Origin: Bdellovibrionota bacterium | Lineage (GTDB): Bacteria > Bdellovibrionota_C > UBA2361 > JBGSMV01 | Reading direction: 5' to 3' | NCBI GenBank assembly: GCA_041739995.1 | Contig: JBGSMV010000041.1 | Coordinates: 1 to 64,000, forward strand | DNA length: 64,000 bases | In this document: piece by piece, positions 31,584 through 41,621 of the stretch | Position numbering within the stretch: the stretch's first letter is position 1 | How the letters are laid out: every line of letters begins with the position of its first letter | Translations under genes and position numbers: made by a program | The notes under the pieces: model-generated | What the model saw: only the letters and a program-made list of their open reading frames with translations | Told to the model about the DNA's origin: nothing | Databases searched by the model: none

Positions 31584-32993
31584 ATGAAAGTTGACATGGT
31601 AATGCCTCAAATGGGCGAGTCGATTGCTGAGGCGACAATTTCAAAGTGGCTTAAAAAAGTTGGCGATGCGGTTGAAAAGGATCAAGTTATTCTCGAAATC
31701 TCCACCGACAAAGTTGACTCCGAAATTCCTGCACCAGCGTCTGGCGTCATTACCGAGTTGCTCTTTAATGAGGGCGACGTGGTCCCAGTAAAAACCAAGA
31801 TTGCCACCATTGACTCTGCGGCTGCGGCTGGCACTTCCATTTCAAGCGCTGCCTCAGCGCCCGCTCCCTCGCCTTCAAGCGCAGCTACCAATGGTAGCTC
31901 TACCAACGGCACCCCAGCACCTACTGAGCGCCCTGCACCACAGATCGCAAGCGCGTCTTCTTCGTCTTCTTGTGGTGCAAGCATGTCGGCAGGCTCCGCC
32001 GGTGGTGCGAGCTCTCGATTTTTCTCTCCGCTGGTGATGAGCCTTGCCGAGAAACATTCAATTTCGCTGTCTGAGCTAGACTCCATCGCAGGCTCTGGTG
32101 AGGCGGGTCGTGTGAATAAGAAGGACATCCTCTCTTACGTCGAGCGTCGTGGTTCTGGTGCGCCTGCGTCATCAGCACGCGCGCCCGCTCCGACTCAAGC
32201 CTCAGCGCCGACCGCAGGTACTGCTCCCGCGTCAAGCTCAAGCAAGTCCGGCGGAATCCCCTCACTCGATTGGAGCGCTGACGGCACAAAGGTTGTCCCC
32301 ATGGACACCATGCGCCAAGCAATTGCTGACCACATGGTTCGCTCAAAACAAACCAGCCCGCACGTCTATTCGATGCAAGAGATCGACATGACTGCGGTCT
32401 CTAAGTGGCGCAAAGCGCACCAGAGCGAATTTCTGAAAGCGGAAGGGTTTAAGCTGAGCTTTACTCCTTTCTTTTTAGAAGCAGCAGTGCGCTGCCTACT
32501 CAAATTCCCCTACATCAACTGCTCTCTGGATGGGAAAAAGATAATTCTGAAGAAGAACATCAACCTCGGGTGCGCAGTAGCGATCGGAGATCCAGAGAAG
32601 GGCTACGGGTTGATAGTCCCCGTCATCAAGCGTGCGGAAGAGCGAAACCTAGTAGGCCTGGCCCGATCACTCAATGAGCTGGCGCTTAAAGCAAGGACCA
32701 AGAAGCTTTTGCCTGATGACGTATCGGGCGGCACCTTTACCATCACCAACCCAGGCGTGTTTGGCACCATTATTGGAACGCCGATCATTAACCAACCACA
32801 GGTCGCTATCCTTTGCCTTGGTGCAATCGTGAAGCGTCCAGTGGTGATTGACGACATGATTGCGATTCGCGAGATGTGTTATTTGACGCTCTCTTACGAC
32901 CACCGCATCGTGGACGGCGCTCTCGGAGGAAGCTTCCTCGCCGCAGTCCGCGACTACCTCGAGCAGTGGGATCCAAACCGCCCTCTATACTAA
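31584..32993 (+). CDS. Dihydrolipoamide acyltransferase (E2)
   Basis: Lipoyl domain EISTDKVDSEIP, E3-binding SPLV...GSGEAGRVNKKD, catalytic TFTITNPG...LSYDHRIVDG. Confidence 0.96.
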   Translation: MKVDMVMPQMGESIAEATISKWLKKVGDAVEKDQVILEISTDKVDSEIPAPASGVITELLFNEGDVVPVKTKIATIDSAAAAGTSISSAASAPAPSPSSAATNGSSTNGTPAPTERPAPQIASASSSSSCGASMSAGSAGGASSRFFSPLVMSLAEKHSISLSELDSIAGSGEAGRVNKKDILSYVERRGSGAPASSARAPAPTQASAPTAGTAPASSSSKSGGIPSLDWSADGTKVVPMDTMRQAIADHMVRSKQTSPHVYSMQEIDMTAVSKWRKAHQSEFLKAEGFKLSFTPFFLEAAVRCLLKFPYINCSLDGKKIILKKNINLGCAVAIGDPEKGYGLIVPVIKRAEERNLVGLARSLNELALKARTKKLLPDDVSGGTFTITNPGVFGTIIGTPIINQPQVAILCLGAIVKRPVVIDDMIAIREMCYLTLSYDHRIVDGALGGSFLAAVRDYLEQWDPNRPLY

Positions 32994-33064
32994 AGTGCTT
33001 TGTACAAAGTGCCCTTGCAGCAGTGGGGACTTTAACTCCACAGGTTAAACGTGAGAATCGACAA

Positions 33065-33622
33065 ATGCGAGTGGTGTCAGGAAAGGCTCGTGGCATTCCG
33101 CTAAAAGCGGTTCCAGGAGAAGGGACCCGCCCCATTCTCGATCGAGTGAAAACCGCGCTCTTCGACACATTGCGTCCCTCAATCACCGACATCAACATGC
33201 TGGACCTATTCGCAGGAAGCGGATCGGTGGGCATCGAAGCGCTTAGTCAGGGTGCCGCAAAATGCGTGTTTTTGGATCTCAATCCGCGCGCCATAAGCAC
33301 CATCAGGGAGAACCTCGAAAAAACCAAACTTACTGAATTGGCCGAAGTGCGGCACACAGACGCCTTTGGCTACCTGAGACGCACCACCAAAAACTTCGAT
33401 CTTATCTATGTTGCCCCGCCGCAATATAAATCATTGTGGAACGAAGCCATGCATCTCATCGCGGAACGCCCCGACGTCGTGAAGCCTGGCGGGCTGGTTA
33501 TTGTGCAAATCGACCCCAAAGAATACGAAAAGTTGGGGCTAAGCGATTTTGAGGAGACCGAGCAGCGTAAGTACGGCACATCCCTGATAGTGTTTTTTCG
33601 TAGATCAAAAACTTCGAGCTAA
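33065..33622 (+). CDS. rsmD: 16S rRNA m2G966 methyltransferase RsmD
   Basis: MRVVSGKARG, TRPILDRVKTALF, LDLFAGSGSVGIEALSQGA, APPQY. Confidence 0.93.
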   Translation: MRVVSGKARGIPLKAVPGEGTRPILDRVKTALFDTLRPSITDINMLDLFAGSGSVGIEALSQGAAKCVFLDLNPRAISTIRENLEKTKLTELAEVRHTDAFGYLRRTTKNFDLIYVAPPQYKSLWNEAMHLIAERPDVVKPGGLVIVQIDPKEYEKLGLSDFEETEQRKYGTSLIVFFRRSKTSS

Positions 33623-33763
33623 GAGCTACTCGCCCTGGGGCCCGGGCAATTTCGGCATGTTACCCCGCTCCATTTGGCGCGCGGAGGAATTCTCGCTCAA
33701 GATCGAGCCTTTCCAGGTCGACCCCTATACTCGGAAACGGATTTTCCTGAGGAAACTCAGCCA

Positions 33764-34153
33764 ATGATTGGCGATATACTCTCAACATTCACAAGCAATC
33801 TCTCCGCCGCGCGCTCGACCACCACGCGCGAGCAACGCACGGCTAGGCACCCAAGTCTCTCTGATTCCACATTCAATGGACGTCTCGAGAAGTATCTAGA
33901 CGACTACAGAAAGGGTCGCTCCTTTCAGTCTAACGAGGTGCCGTCAGAGTTAAAGTCAAAATCCATTGCTACGGCAAACATCCTGGCTGAGCGAGACCCA
34001 AAATCACTCCTTCTTTCAGGAGCATATTCAACCGCACTGAGCTACGACCAAAAGGCTCGCTTCATTTCGAGCCTGTCGGAAACAACCTCTCGACTGGTCG
34101 ACATCACTAATGGCTCGACCTTGAGCGACTACAGCCTTTCGACAATCGCTTAA
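33764..34153 (+). CDS. Hypothetical protein (129 aa)
   Basis: ORF with GAGGA RBS; no motif recognised. Confidence 0.5.
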   Translation: MIGDILSTFTSNLSAARSTTTREQRTARHPSLSDSTFNGRLEKYLDDYRKGRSFQSNEVPSELKSKSIATANILAERDPKSLLLSGAYSTALSYDQKARFISSLSETTSRLVDITNGSTLSDYSLSTIA

Positions 34154-34243
34154 GGCCTGCACGCGACTCGCGCACCCTCTGCATTTTAATATATTTGACT
34201 GAAGGAAAATGAGTCAGTCTTTGGGCGACGAAGTCCCCACGGC

Positions 34244-35044
34244 ATGCTATTGATACACTCAATTTCCATGCACACTTTCATTGGTCCAATATCCCTTTCG
34301 GTGCTTTCTCAAAGCGAGTTCGACCCCGCTCTGCTGCACGATGAGGAACGCAAGCTCGTTCATGGCGCGCGCTCACCATCGCGCATCGCCGAGTTCGGAC
34401 TGGGTCGTGTGGCCGCTCGGATGTCCTTAGCGTCCTTAGGATTTACGGGCACTTCACCCATCGGACGAGGCGCATTAGGCGAACCACTGTGGCCCGAGGG
34501 CATTAATGGCTCTATCACTCACACAAAAACTCACCGTAGCAACTCGAAAACTGCTGCAACTTCTCTCGACGGAATATTTGCAGCCGCTGTAACGGCCAGA
34601 TTATCGGAGGTATCCGCCCTAGGGATTGATATTGAAGAGCGCTCAAGAGTGATTTCATCAGCGGTCTTGGAGCGGATTTGTACTACACGAGAGCTCTCTT
34701 GGGTGCAGTCAGGAACTCACACACCGGATACTGCTACCCACAGCGGCTGCCCCTCGCCCACCACACTATCAATAGGTTCTCTTACCACTCAAGCCGATCG
34801 AGGACTTGCAATATTGCTATGCAAAGAGGCGCTCTTTAAAGCCATTTCGCCGCTGATAAAAATCTCATTTGGATTCCAAGAGGCTGAAGTTCATGCCGAG
34901 GCCAGAGACTCCACTGGGGGATTTAAGATTGTGCTTTCCGATCGAATCAAAGAACTTGGCCAAGACGGGTCCGGGCTAATCTGTAGCATGTTCGAATTTC
35001 GATCTCTGATCGGAGGCCTGGTATCAAATCCAGTGCTGAAATAG
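34244..35044 (+). CDS. 4'-phosphopantetheinyl transferase (EntD/Sfp type)
   Basis: R..EFGLGRVAAR, GEPLWPEGINGSITH, LGIDIE, CKEALFKA. Confidence 0.9.
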   Translation: MLLIHSISMHTFIGPISLSVLSQSEFDPALLHDEERKLVHGARSPSRIAEFGLGRVAARMSLASLGFTGTSPIGRGALGEPLWPEGINGSITHTKTHRSNSKTAATSLDGIFAAAVTARLSEVSALGIDIEERSRVISSAVLERICTTRELSWVQSGTHTPDTATHSGCPSPTTLSIGSLTTQADRGLAILLCKEALFKAISPLIKISFGFQEAEVHAEARDSTGGFKIVLSDRIKELGQDGSGLICSMFEFRSLIGGLVSNPVLK

Positions 35045-35104
35045 TGCAGACGATTGAGCGCGAAGGTGCGCGCGAAAGCTCTCGCGTGGATGCCCGAAAG
35101 AAAG

Positions 35105-35151
35105 GGTTCGGGTCCGGGGAGGGACGAGAGGGGTACAAGACCCGAACCTTT
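35105..35151. terminator. Inverted repeat between convergent genes (possible bidirectional terminator)
   Basis: GGTTCGGGTC...GACCCGAACC, flanked by AAA and TTT. Confidence 0.5.
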
Positions 35152-35190
35152 GAGAACAGCCAGCAAGCGCATAGATGCGGTCACCGGGGC

Positions 35191-36291
35191 TCAAGAAACC
35201 ACTGTCGAATCTGACGTGGGCTCGGTAGCGGCGGGCTCCATTGCTGCGGGCCCGGCCGGGGGGAATTTCCTCTGAAGCAACATCCTCAGGCGCGCCAGAT
35301 TCCGCACTAAGATGATCGGTTGACCTTCCCAGCCTTCAAGGGAATGCCGAACATGTTGCAACTTAGTCTCGTAGGCATGAACCGACCGAAGATGGTCCGG
35401 TGCAACCACAAGAACCCCGAACCGGAACGGAAAGGCATCAAACGCTTCCTGCATGACATTCGGTCTATCCTCCATGATCGCACAGACTCGGGGGTCCCTC
35501 TGCATATTCTGCGCGAGCAACCCCCATCCGAAGGGATGAGGCTTGCGCTTGTCCCGCGGCACATCCGATCCAAAGAGACGCCGCGGCTTGTCTGCGGTAC
35601 CGCGGATCAGGCGGTCAAAGGCCTCCTGTCCAAAGAGTCGCCGGCAGATGGTGCTTCCGGTGACGATATCAGAGTTGGTGTAGATCCCGATTCGAGCGTG
35701 GAATGTGCTCCTCAGATACTCGAACATCGGCACGGTGTCGACCATCAGCTCGACACGACCTTCATCGATTGCCTGTTCGATCAGGGGGATTCGATACTTT
35801 CCCACCAGCTGATCAAGCTCCTCGATCGAGGGATTTCCGTCAGGAAGCGCCTCGGCTTGCGCAAGAATTTCGTGCGCCATCCCCATGACGAAGCCACCAT
35901 GGGAAAAGACCTGATCGAGGTGAGCCTGCAGCTGTGCGCGAATGACGTTCAGCTTAATCTCGAGCATGACACCATCAAAATGCTTTCCGAGACTTGCTCG
36001 TGCCACACCGACTAGAGCGCCGAGCCAGAACTCCTTGTGGAGTGGTTCGATGCCATGCGCCAAGGTTCCATCGACGTCGCAAAGGACGCCACCGATTCCG
36101 TTGAAAAGGTCTGTAATTCTCGCGAGGATTTCATTGTGAGCTTCGTTGCGGCGGGGTTTGACCCGCTGCGTGAGATCGATCACGTTCGGGCCAATCATTG
36201 TCGCCTCTCTTTCATGGATGAGGAAAATGGTGCTTTGCGGACTAACCATCGTACCGCTGCTTTTTGGAACCAGCCCTAGAAGTGGCTCCAA
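35191..36291 (-). CDS. HAD-superfamily hydrolase (beta-PGM-like), start uncertain
   Basis: Motif I CDVDGTL, motif II YTNS, KPHP, motif IV MEDRP. Confidence 0.78.
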   Translation of the reverse strand: MEPLLGLVPKSSGTMVSPQSTIFLIHEREATMIGPNVIDLTQRVKPRRNEAHNEILARITDLFNGIGGVLCDVDGTLAHGIEPLHKEFWLGALVGVARASLGKHFDGVMLEIKLNVIRAQLQAHLDQVFSHGGFVMGMAHEILAQAEALPDGNPSIEELDQLVGKYRIPLIEQAIDEGRVELMVDTVPMFEYLRSTFHARIGIYTNSDIVTGSTICRRLFGQEAFDRLIRGTADKPRRLFGSDVPRDKRKPHPFGWGLLAQNMQRDPRVCAIMEDRPNVMQEAFDAFPFRFGVLVVAPDHLRSVHAYETKLQHVRHSLEGWEGQPIILVRNLARLRMLLQRKFPPAGPAAMEPAATEPTSDSTVVS

Positions 36292-36864
36292 AAAGCAGCG
36301 GAAGCTACGGTATCCCGCCCATTCAGAGCTGAGATGCCATCCCCCAAATCACAAACGAACGAATAAACGTCTCACTCACTACGATCGCTTCATTCAGTAA
36401 CCTCTTCGCGCTCAAAAAGAGCACGCACAACCAAAGTCGTCCCTCCCGGACCCCCGAAACCTCGTACAATAGAGATCAGAAGCAGCAGTTCCACTCAGTC
36501 TGCGTCAAGAAACGAGGCTGCGGGTGGCCGGGAGAATAGTTCTTACCCAATCCTGATTGTTAGAGAGCAGGTCGAGAGGTTAACAACCCTCCCTGCGTAG
36601 TCAAACGTGCGAAAACCATCGTCATTTTGAGGGCCTACGAGCGGATTAAGTGGACATACGCCGCCGTGCCTACCCGCATGCGAAGGCCGGGCTCAGCGTC
36701 CCTATTCCCTCGACACGATTGAGCGATAGGAACGCTCCCCGCCTGAAGCCATTCCCCTGGACAAGCCTGGACAATCCTCTGCTGCCAATTCCGCAATCTT
36801 TGGTTTAACCTACGACCTCGAGCTCTTGCGGCGTAGTGTTGGAAAGAAACATTTGAGGAAAATC

Positions 36865-37452
36865 ATGAACTGGAATTTCATGGCACGGGGAGTTGCTGGC
36901 GTTTTCATGTGCCTCTCAATTGCGGCTTGTCACTATGGTGCGAACTCTGCACTAGAGAGAGATCCCAACAAGAATCTACGCGTTGACACCAAATCCCCAG
37001 GGATAATGAAACGATACAACTCGTTTTATATCAAAGACATTTCAGTCTACTCGATTGAGGGTGACTATTTACGCCGGGTTGATGACAAGGAAGTCCAAGA
37101 ACTCGCTGAAAGTTTTCGCTCCAAACTTATTCGACAACTGGGCGACCAACACGCCACGATTCCTCAGCGTGCGAGCAACACCGCGGTCATTAACATTTCA
37201 CTTACCGACGTCGACACGACCTACGCTGGCTTGCAGGTGCTCCCTGGTCTCATCGTTCCCAACGCAATGCGTGGTGGAGCCTCTATTGATGCCAAGATTG
37301 TAGACTCAGTCAGCAATCAGGAAGTGGTACGAGTACGAGATTCCCGTCAAGGTGGACGCCAAGGATTCTTCTCTGGTCTCGGTAAATGGGACGGCGCCGA
37401 ACGTGCCTTTGATGAGTGGGCCCAGATCTTGGCCGAAGCCATTCGCAAGTAG
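36865..37452 (+). CDS. DUF3313-like lipoprotein
   Basis: Lipobox IAAC; GGASIDAKIVDS...VRD...AFDEWA. Confidence 0.75.
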   Translation: MNWNFMARGVAGVFMCLSIAACHYGANSALERDPNKNLRVDTKSPGIMKRYNSFYIKDISVYSIEGDYLRRVDDKEVQELAESFRSKLIRQLGDQHATIPQRASNTAVINISLTDVDTTYAGLQVLPGLIVPNAMRGGASIDAKIVDSVSNQEVVRVRDSRQGGRQGFFSGLGKWDGAERAFDEWAQILAEAIRK

Positions 37453-37711
37453 TCCGCTGAACCCATTTGCTCCTGGCAGCCCCATCTCTGCCTCAAAGAG
37501 GAAAGCAGAGAAGGAACCATTGTTTCTCTCGTACATTATGTCCGCCGCCTCTCGTGCGACCTCTCACTCCCCTTATAGGCACGCGAGTCAGCCACCTTAG
37601 GTTCGAAAAACTGAATCCCAGGCCCCCTTCCGACTCGCTCAAATGCTTGCCATCTGACTAAGGTCTATTAGAGTATCGATGCGCAGTGATGCCATCGAGC
37701 TCCGGCTCAGC

Positions 37712-37756
37712 GTTCCGATCGAACGTGTTCCGATCGAACGTGTTCCGATCAAACGT
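37712..37756. repeat. 3 x 15-bp quasi-palindromic tandem repeat (GTTCCGATCGAACGT)
   Basis: Two identical copies plus one with a single mismatch, ending 28 bp before the patatin start codon. Confidence 0.9.
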
Positions 37757-37783
37757 AATGCCTAGCATTTGACGTAGGACTAA

Positions 37784-40003
37784 ATGAAACACCTCATCGC
37801 CTCTGCGCTACTTCTCGCCTTCGGATTTTTTACCTATGAGCCTGCCACTGCGCAAGAAAGGCAGCCTCGTCCAAAAATCGGTCTCGTTTTGAAAGGCGGT
37901 GGCGCGCTTGGATTCGCGCACGTTGGTGTCTTAAAAGTACTTGAGCGGAACAGAGTGCCTATCGATTTCATCGCGGGCACCAGCATGGGCTCGATTGTAG
38001 GTGCCGCCTATGCCTCAGGCTCGACATTAGAAGAGATGGAAAAAGTTCTTTCGGGAACGGACTGGGACGCACTGTTTGGCGAGAAAGTTCGCCGCGAGGG
38101 CATCGATTACCGTCTTAAGTCAGGGCGAGGGCGCGAGATTTTTGGCGAGACAAAGTTTAGCTTCGAAGGTGGTAAGTTCCTCATGCCTCACGGAATCGTC
38201 GAGGGCCAAGTCATACGCCCACTGTTTCAGCGGCTATTTGGGAATCCCGCGAGTCCCATAGAGTTCGATTCCCTCCCCGTTCCTTTTCGAGCCGTTACCG
38301 CAGATGTAGAAACGGGGGAAGCCTACGTTCCCTCCAAGGGCGACCTCGCGACCGTGGTACGTGCGAGCATGTCGATACCAGGAGCGTTTTCTCCAGTAGA
38401 GATCGATGGCCGCGTGCTTGTAGACGGAGGTATCGTTAACAATCTTCCAGTAGATGTGGTGCTCAACATGGGGGCCGACGTCCTCATCGTCGTTGACTTA
38501 AAGAGCGACCTCGCGAAACGCGACGCCCTCACTTCTCCGCTAAGTCTTTCTGGTCAGATGGTGAGTCTACTGCTGATGCAGAACTCTGCTCTGTCTCTTA
38601 AGCTCGTGCGGCCACAGGACGTGGTAATTCAACCTGACGTGAACGGATTCGCCGTATCTGACTTTGCGAAAGGTGGCGAGCTTGCAGCTATCGGCGAGGA
38701 CACCGCGGAAACCATGACGTCAGCCCTCGCACGTCTTTCAGTCTCCGAAGCTGAATATCGCAGATATTCTGACGCTCGCACGACCCGGCTAAAAGTGCCT
38801 TCTCATGTTCATTTCGTCCGTATAAATAACGCTTCAAACGTGTCTGAAGCCCGCATTAAGGAACTTACCACCGTAAAGGCCGGTGATAAGTTTGACGGCA
38901 AACAGATCGATGACGACACTCAGCGCCTGTATCAAACCGGATACTTCAAATCTGTCCAATACAGCTGCGTCGAAGAGGGCGATGCTTCTGGTGTCGAGAT
39001 TCAAACCGACGGCAAGGATTGGCTCGGTCAATTCATCCGTCTCGGCTTCTCACTCGAGGACAACTTGAATGGTGATGATAGCTTTAGACTCGGTGCCGCT
39101 TTTAGAACTGACGATGTCGGCTCAAAGGACTCTTACCTTGAAGTTCAACTCGAAATTGGAAAGATGCCGCGCTTCTCGGTGGAGCTTTATCGTCCACTCG
39201 TTGAAGACAGTCCCTACTTTTTTGCACCCAAGGTTTCTTTAGGGCGCAGCACCTTAGAAGTAAGTGATGGCAATGATACTATCGCTGAATACACTCGTAC
39301 TGAGGGGCTCGCTACGCTTGTCCTTGGTCGACGTCTCTCGACACTTGGGGAACTTGGCGTTGGATATTCGCGCGGATTTGGAGAGCTCTCGCGTCGAATT
39401 GGAGACCCAGCCCTTCCCGATAAGTCTTACGATCTTGGCGATGCCTTCACTTATCTTGAAGTAGATACGCTCGATAAGCCTGATTTTCCAACCGAAGGTT
39501 TGCGAATCTCGGCCAAATTCAACGCCGCGGTTGAGGAGTTAGGCGCTCCTTCAGACTTTCAAGAAATTACGGGGGTTACTCTCTTCCCATTCTCCTTCGG
39601 TAGAAACACTCTGATCTTAAGAAATGCATTCTCCACTACGTTTGACGAGCGCCCTATAGAACGCACCTATTCGCTTGGAGGTTTCTTAAGCATCTCCGGA
39701 ATCTCACAAAACTCACTCCCTGCCTCAAACTATGACACAGGATCGGTAATCTTTCTCCGCCGCTTTTCAGAACTGCAAAACCCGCTGTTTTCCTTTGACT
39801 TTTTCTCTGGCGGTTCATTAGAATTGACCACCATCAATAACTCTAATCCCAGCTTGCCGGACTACGATTTAATAACGTCAGGAGCGCTATTTGTTGGAGC
39901 AGACACTCCACTCCTTCCTGTATATCTCGGCGTCGGCATGTCGAGCTTAGACGAACAGTCTGTCTACATTGCGTTTGGTAGACTCGGTTCGGGCGGACGA
40001 TAG
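37784..40003 (+). CDS. Patatin-like phospholipase with POTRA and Omp85-type barrel (PlpD/type Vd-like)
   Basis: Signal peptide; GGGALG, GTSMG, DGG motifs; POTRA-like LYQTGYFKSV; C-terminal beta-strands ending YIAFG. Confidence 0.9.
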   Translation: MKHLIASALLLAFGFFTYEPATAQERQPRPKIGLVLKGGGALGFAHVGVLKVLERNRVPIDFIAGTSMGSIVGAAYASGSTLEEMEKVLSGTDWDALFGEKVRREGIDYRLKSGRGREIFGETKFSFEGGKFLMPHGIVEGQVIRPLFQRLFGNPASPIEFDSLPVPFRAVTADVETGEAYVPSKGDLATVVRASMSIPGAFSPVEIDGRVLVDGGIVNNLPVDVVLNMGADVLIVVDLKSDLAKRDALTSPLSLSGQMVSLLLMQNSALSLKLVRPQDVVIQPDVNGFAVSDFAKGGELAAIGEDTAETMTSALARLSVSEAEYRRYSDARTTRLKVPSHVHFVRINNASNVSEARIKELTTVKAGDKFDGKQIDDDTQRLYQTGYFKSVQYSCVEEGDASGVEIQTDGKDWLGQFIRLGFSLEDNLNGDDSFRLGAAFRTDDVGSKDSYLEVQLEIGKMPRFSVELYRPLVEDSPYFFAPKVSLGRSTLEVSDGNDTIAEYTRTEGLATLVLGRRLSTLGELGVGYSRGFGELSRRIGDPALPDKSYDLGDAFTYLEVDTLDKPDFPTEGLRISAKFNAAVEELGAPSDFQEITGVTLFPFSFGRNTLILRNAFSTTFDERPIERTYSLGGFLSISGISQNSLPASNYDTGSVIFLRRFSELQNPLFSFDFFSGGSLELTTINNSNPSLPDYDLITSGALFVGADTPLLPVYLGVGMSSLDEQSVYIAFGRLGSGGR

Positions 40004-40153
40004 TCGAAAGAAAGGCTCCGGACTCTCCGCGGTATCCGAATTCGGGCAGGCGCTCCCGGCTGATAATAGTTTGGGGAACCATCTCCCACCACGGCATTAA
40101 ATCTCCGCACCCCGACGTCCAAAGATATCTCTAAGTTCGTCTAGCGGACTCTC

Positions 40154-41617
40154 TTAGTGGGAAATGTTCGCTGCTAAACTCTCAGGGGCGTCCTCTCGAA
40201 GATTCCAGCCACCGCCAAGCGCTTTGTAGAGCTGCACAATGGAGCTTAAGTACCTCTGAAACGTCGCAGATTCACCAAGCTCGGCTTGAAACAATGAACG
40301 CTCAACATCAAGCACTTCAAGGTAAGGCGCCACACCGTCGTTATAGCGCGCTCGCGAGAGCCGGGCTGCGTTTGTTGCAGCTACTCTCTGGCTGGTTCGT
40401 GCCGTGTACTCTTGCTTATAGGTTTCGATCGAGGCGATGGCATCCTCGACCTCCTGTACTGCACGAATGACCGTATCCTCATAGCTCTGAAGCGCCTGCT
40501 CCGCCCGAGCATCTTGAGCCTCTACGCGCGACTTGTTTTTTCCCCAGTTGAGAAGCGGCCCAAATAACCCGCCGCCCGCATTCCAGCTCCTTGAGTCAGA
40601 ATCAAAAAAATCGTCGCTCTCGCTACTACGAAGTCCAAGCGACCCAAAGAGCGAGAGCGAAGGAAGACGTTGAGCCTCAGCGATCCCTATTCGTGCATAC
40701 TCAGCACGCACCACCTCTTCTGCCGCTTGAACGTCAGGCCTGCGCGAAAGCAGCGCTGCGGGCACACCGGTAGGAATATCAAGAAAATCGTAGGTATTCT
40801 CAAGTGAGCGTTTCCTTACAATTTTCCCTGATGTCTTACCCTCAAGCGCGAGCAAGGCATTAATGACTATTCTCCGTTCGCGTTCGAGAGAGGCAAGCTC
40901 GATCCTCGCCTCTGCTTCCTCAATCTGAGCCTGGTTCACGTCAAGCATGGGAATAATGCCCTTGCTAAAACGGGCGGTAATGAGCTTCGTGGCATCGTGG
41001 CGATTCGCTATAGTTCTATTGGAAATGGCGACGCGGTTATCAAGATCAACCAGGGTGAAGTACAGTTGAGCGACCTGCGCGACGAGAGAAATGGTAATAG
41101 ATCGAAAACCGTATTCGCTCGAGAGCAACTCATGCCGCTGAGCTGCAGTGGCATTCCTATATCTCCCCCACAAATCGACTTCGAACGACAGATCTCCAAA
41201 GGCACCAAAATCATTAACTATCCCCTCGGCACCTATCGCGTTCCCAAGATCTCCACGCTGTGCGGAAGCTGATATGTCCAGAAAGGGGAACTGATCGGCG
41301 CGCACAAAACCAACCAACGCCTGCGCCTCAGCGATCCTGGCCGCACTCTGTCGCAAAGTGCGATTGTCCTCGAGCGTCGCCTGCACCAGACTCTTCAGTT
41401 CCGAGTCTTTGAAGAGATCCCACCAGGCAGTATTCGCGATTGACTCGCCCTTAGGCAGACCTCCCACGAAAGTATCTGGCAGCTCGATTGTGGCATCCTG
41501 CTCAGGGCTGAACGTTGGGGCCAAAGAGCACGAAACAAGGCACGCCATACTGAGAGACAAGAAACTCAGCTTTGAGAGGCGAGAAGAAAAACTGCTCATA
41601 GGGGAAAAATTCTGCAT
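40154..41617 (-). CDS. RND efflux outer-membrane lipoprotein (OprM/NodT family)
   Basis: GGAGGT RBS; lipobox LVSC; WWDLF, FEVDLWGR, LLSRRPDV, LYKALGGGW. Confidence 0.95.
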   Translation of the reverse strand: MQNFSPMSSFSSRLSKLSFLSLSMACLVSCSLAPTFSPEQDATIELPDTFVGGLPKGESIANTAWWDLFKDSELKSLVQATLEDNRTLRQSAARIAEAQALVGFVRADQFPFLDISASAQRGDLGNAIGAEGIVNDFGAFGDLSFEVDLWGRYRNATAAQRHELLSSEYGFRSITISLVAQVAQLYFTLVDLDNRVAISNRTIANRHDATKLITARFSKGIIPMLDVNQAQIEEAEARIELASLERERRIVINALLALEGKTSGKIVRKRSLENTYDFLDIPTGVPAALLSRRPDVQAAEEVVRAEYARIGIAEAQRLPSLSLFGSLGLRSSESDDFFDSDSRSWNAGGGLFGPLLNWGKNKSRVEAQDARAEQALQSYEDTVIRAVQEVEDAIASIETYKQEYTARTSQRVAATNAARLSRARYNDGVAPYLEVLDVERSLFQAELGESATFQRYLSSIVQLYKALGGGWNLREDAPESLAANISH

Positions 41618-41621
41618 ACGC

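Noticed and set aside
34244..35044. PPTase as marker of a NRPS/PKS cluster
   Set aside because: No carrier protein or synthase genes are nearby.
35320..36015. 231-aa + strand ORF
   Set aside because: Entirely antisense to the HAD hydrolase, which has clear motifs.
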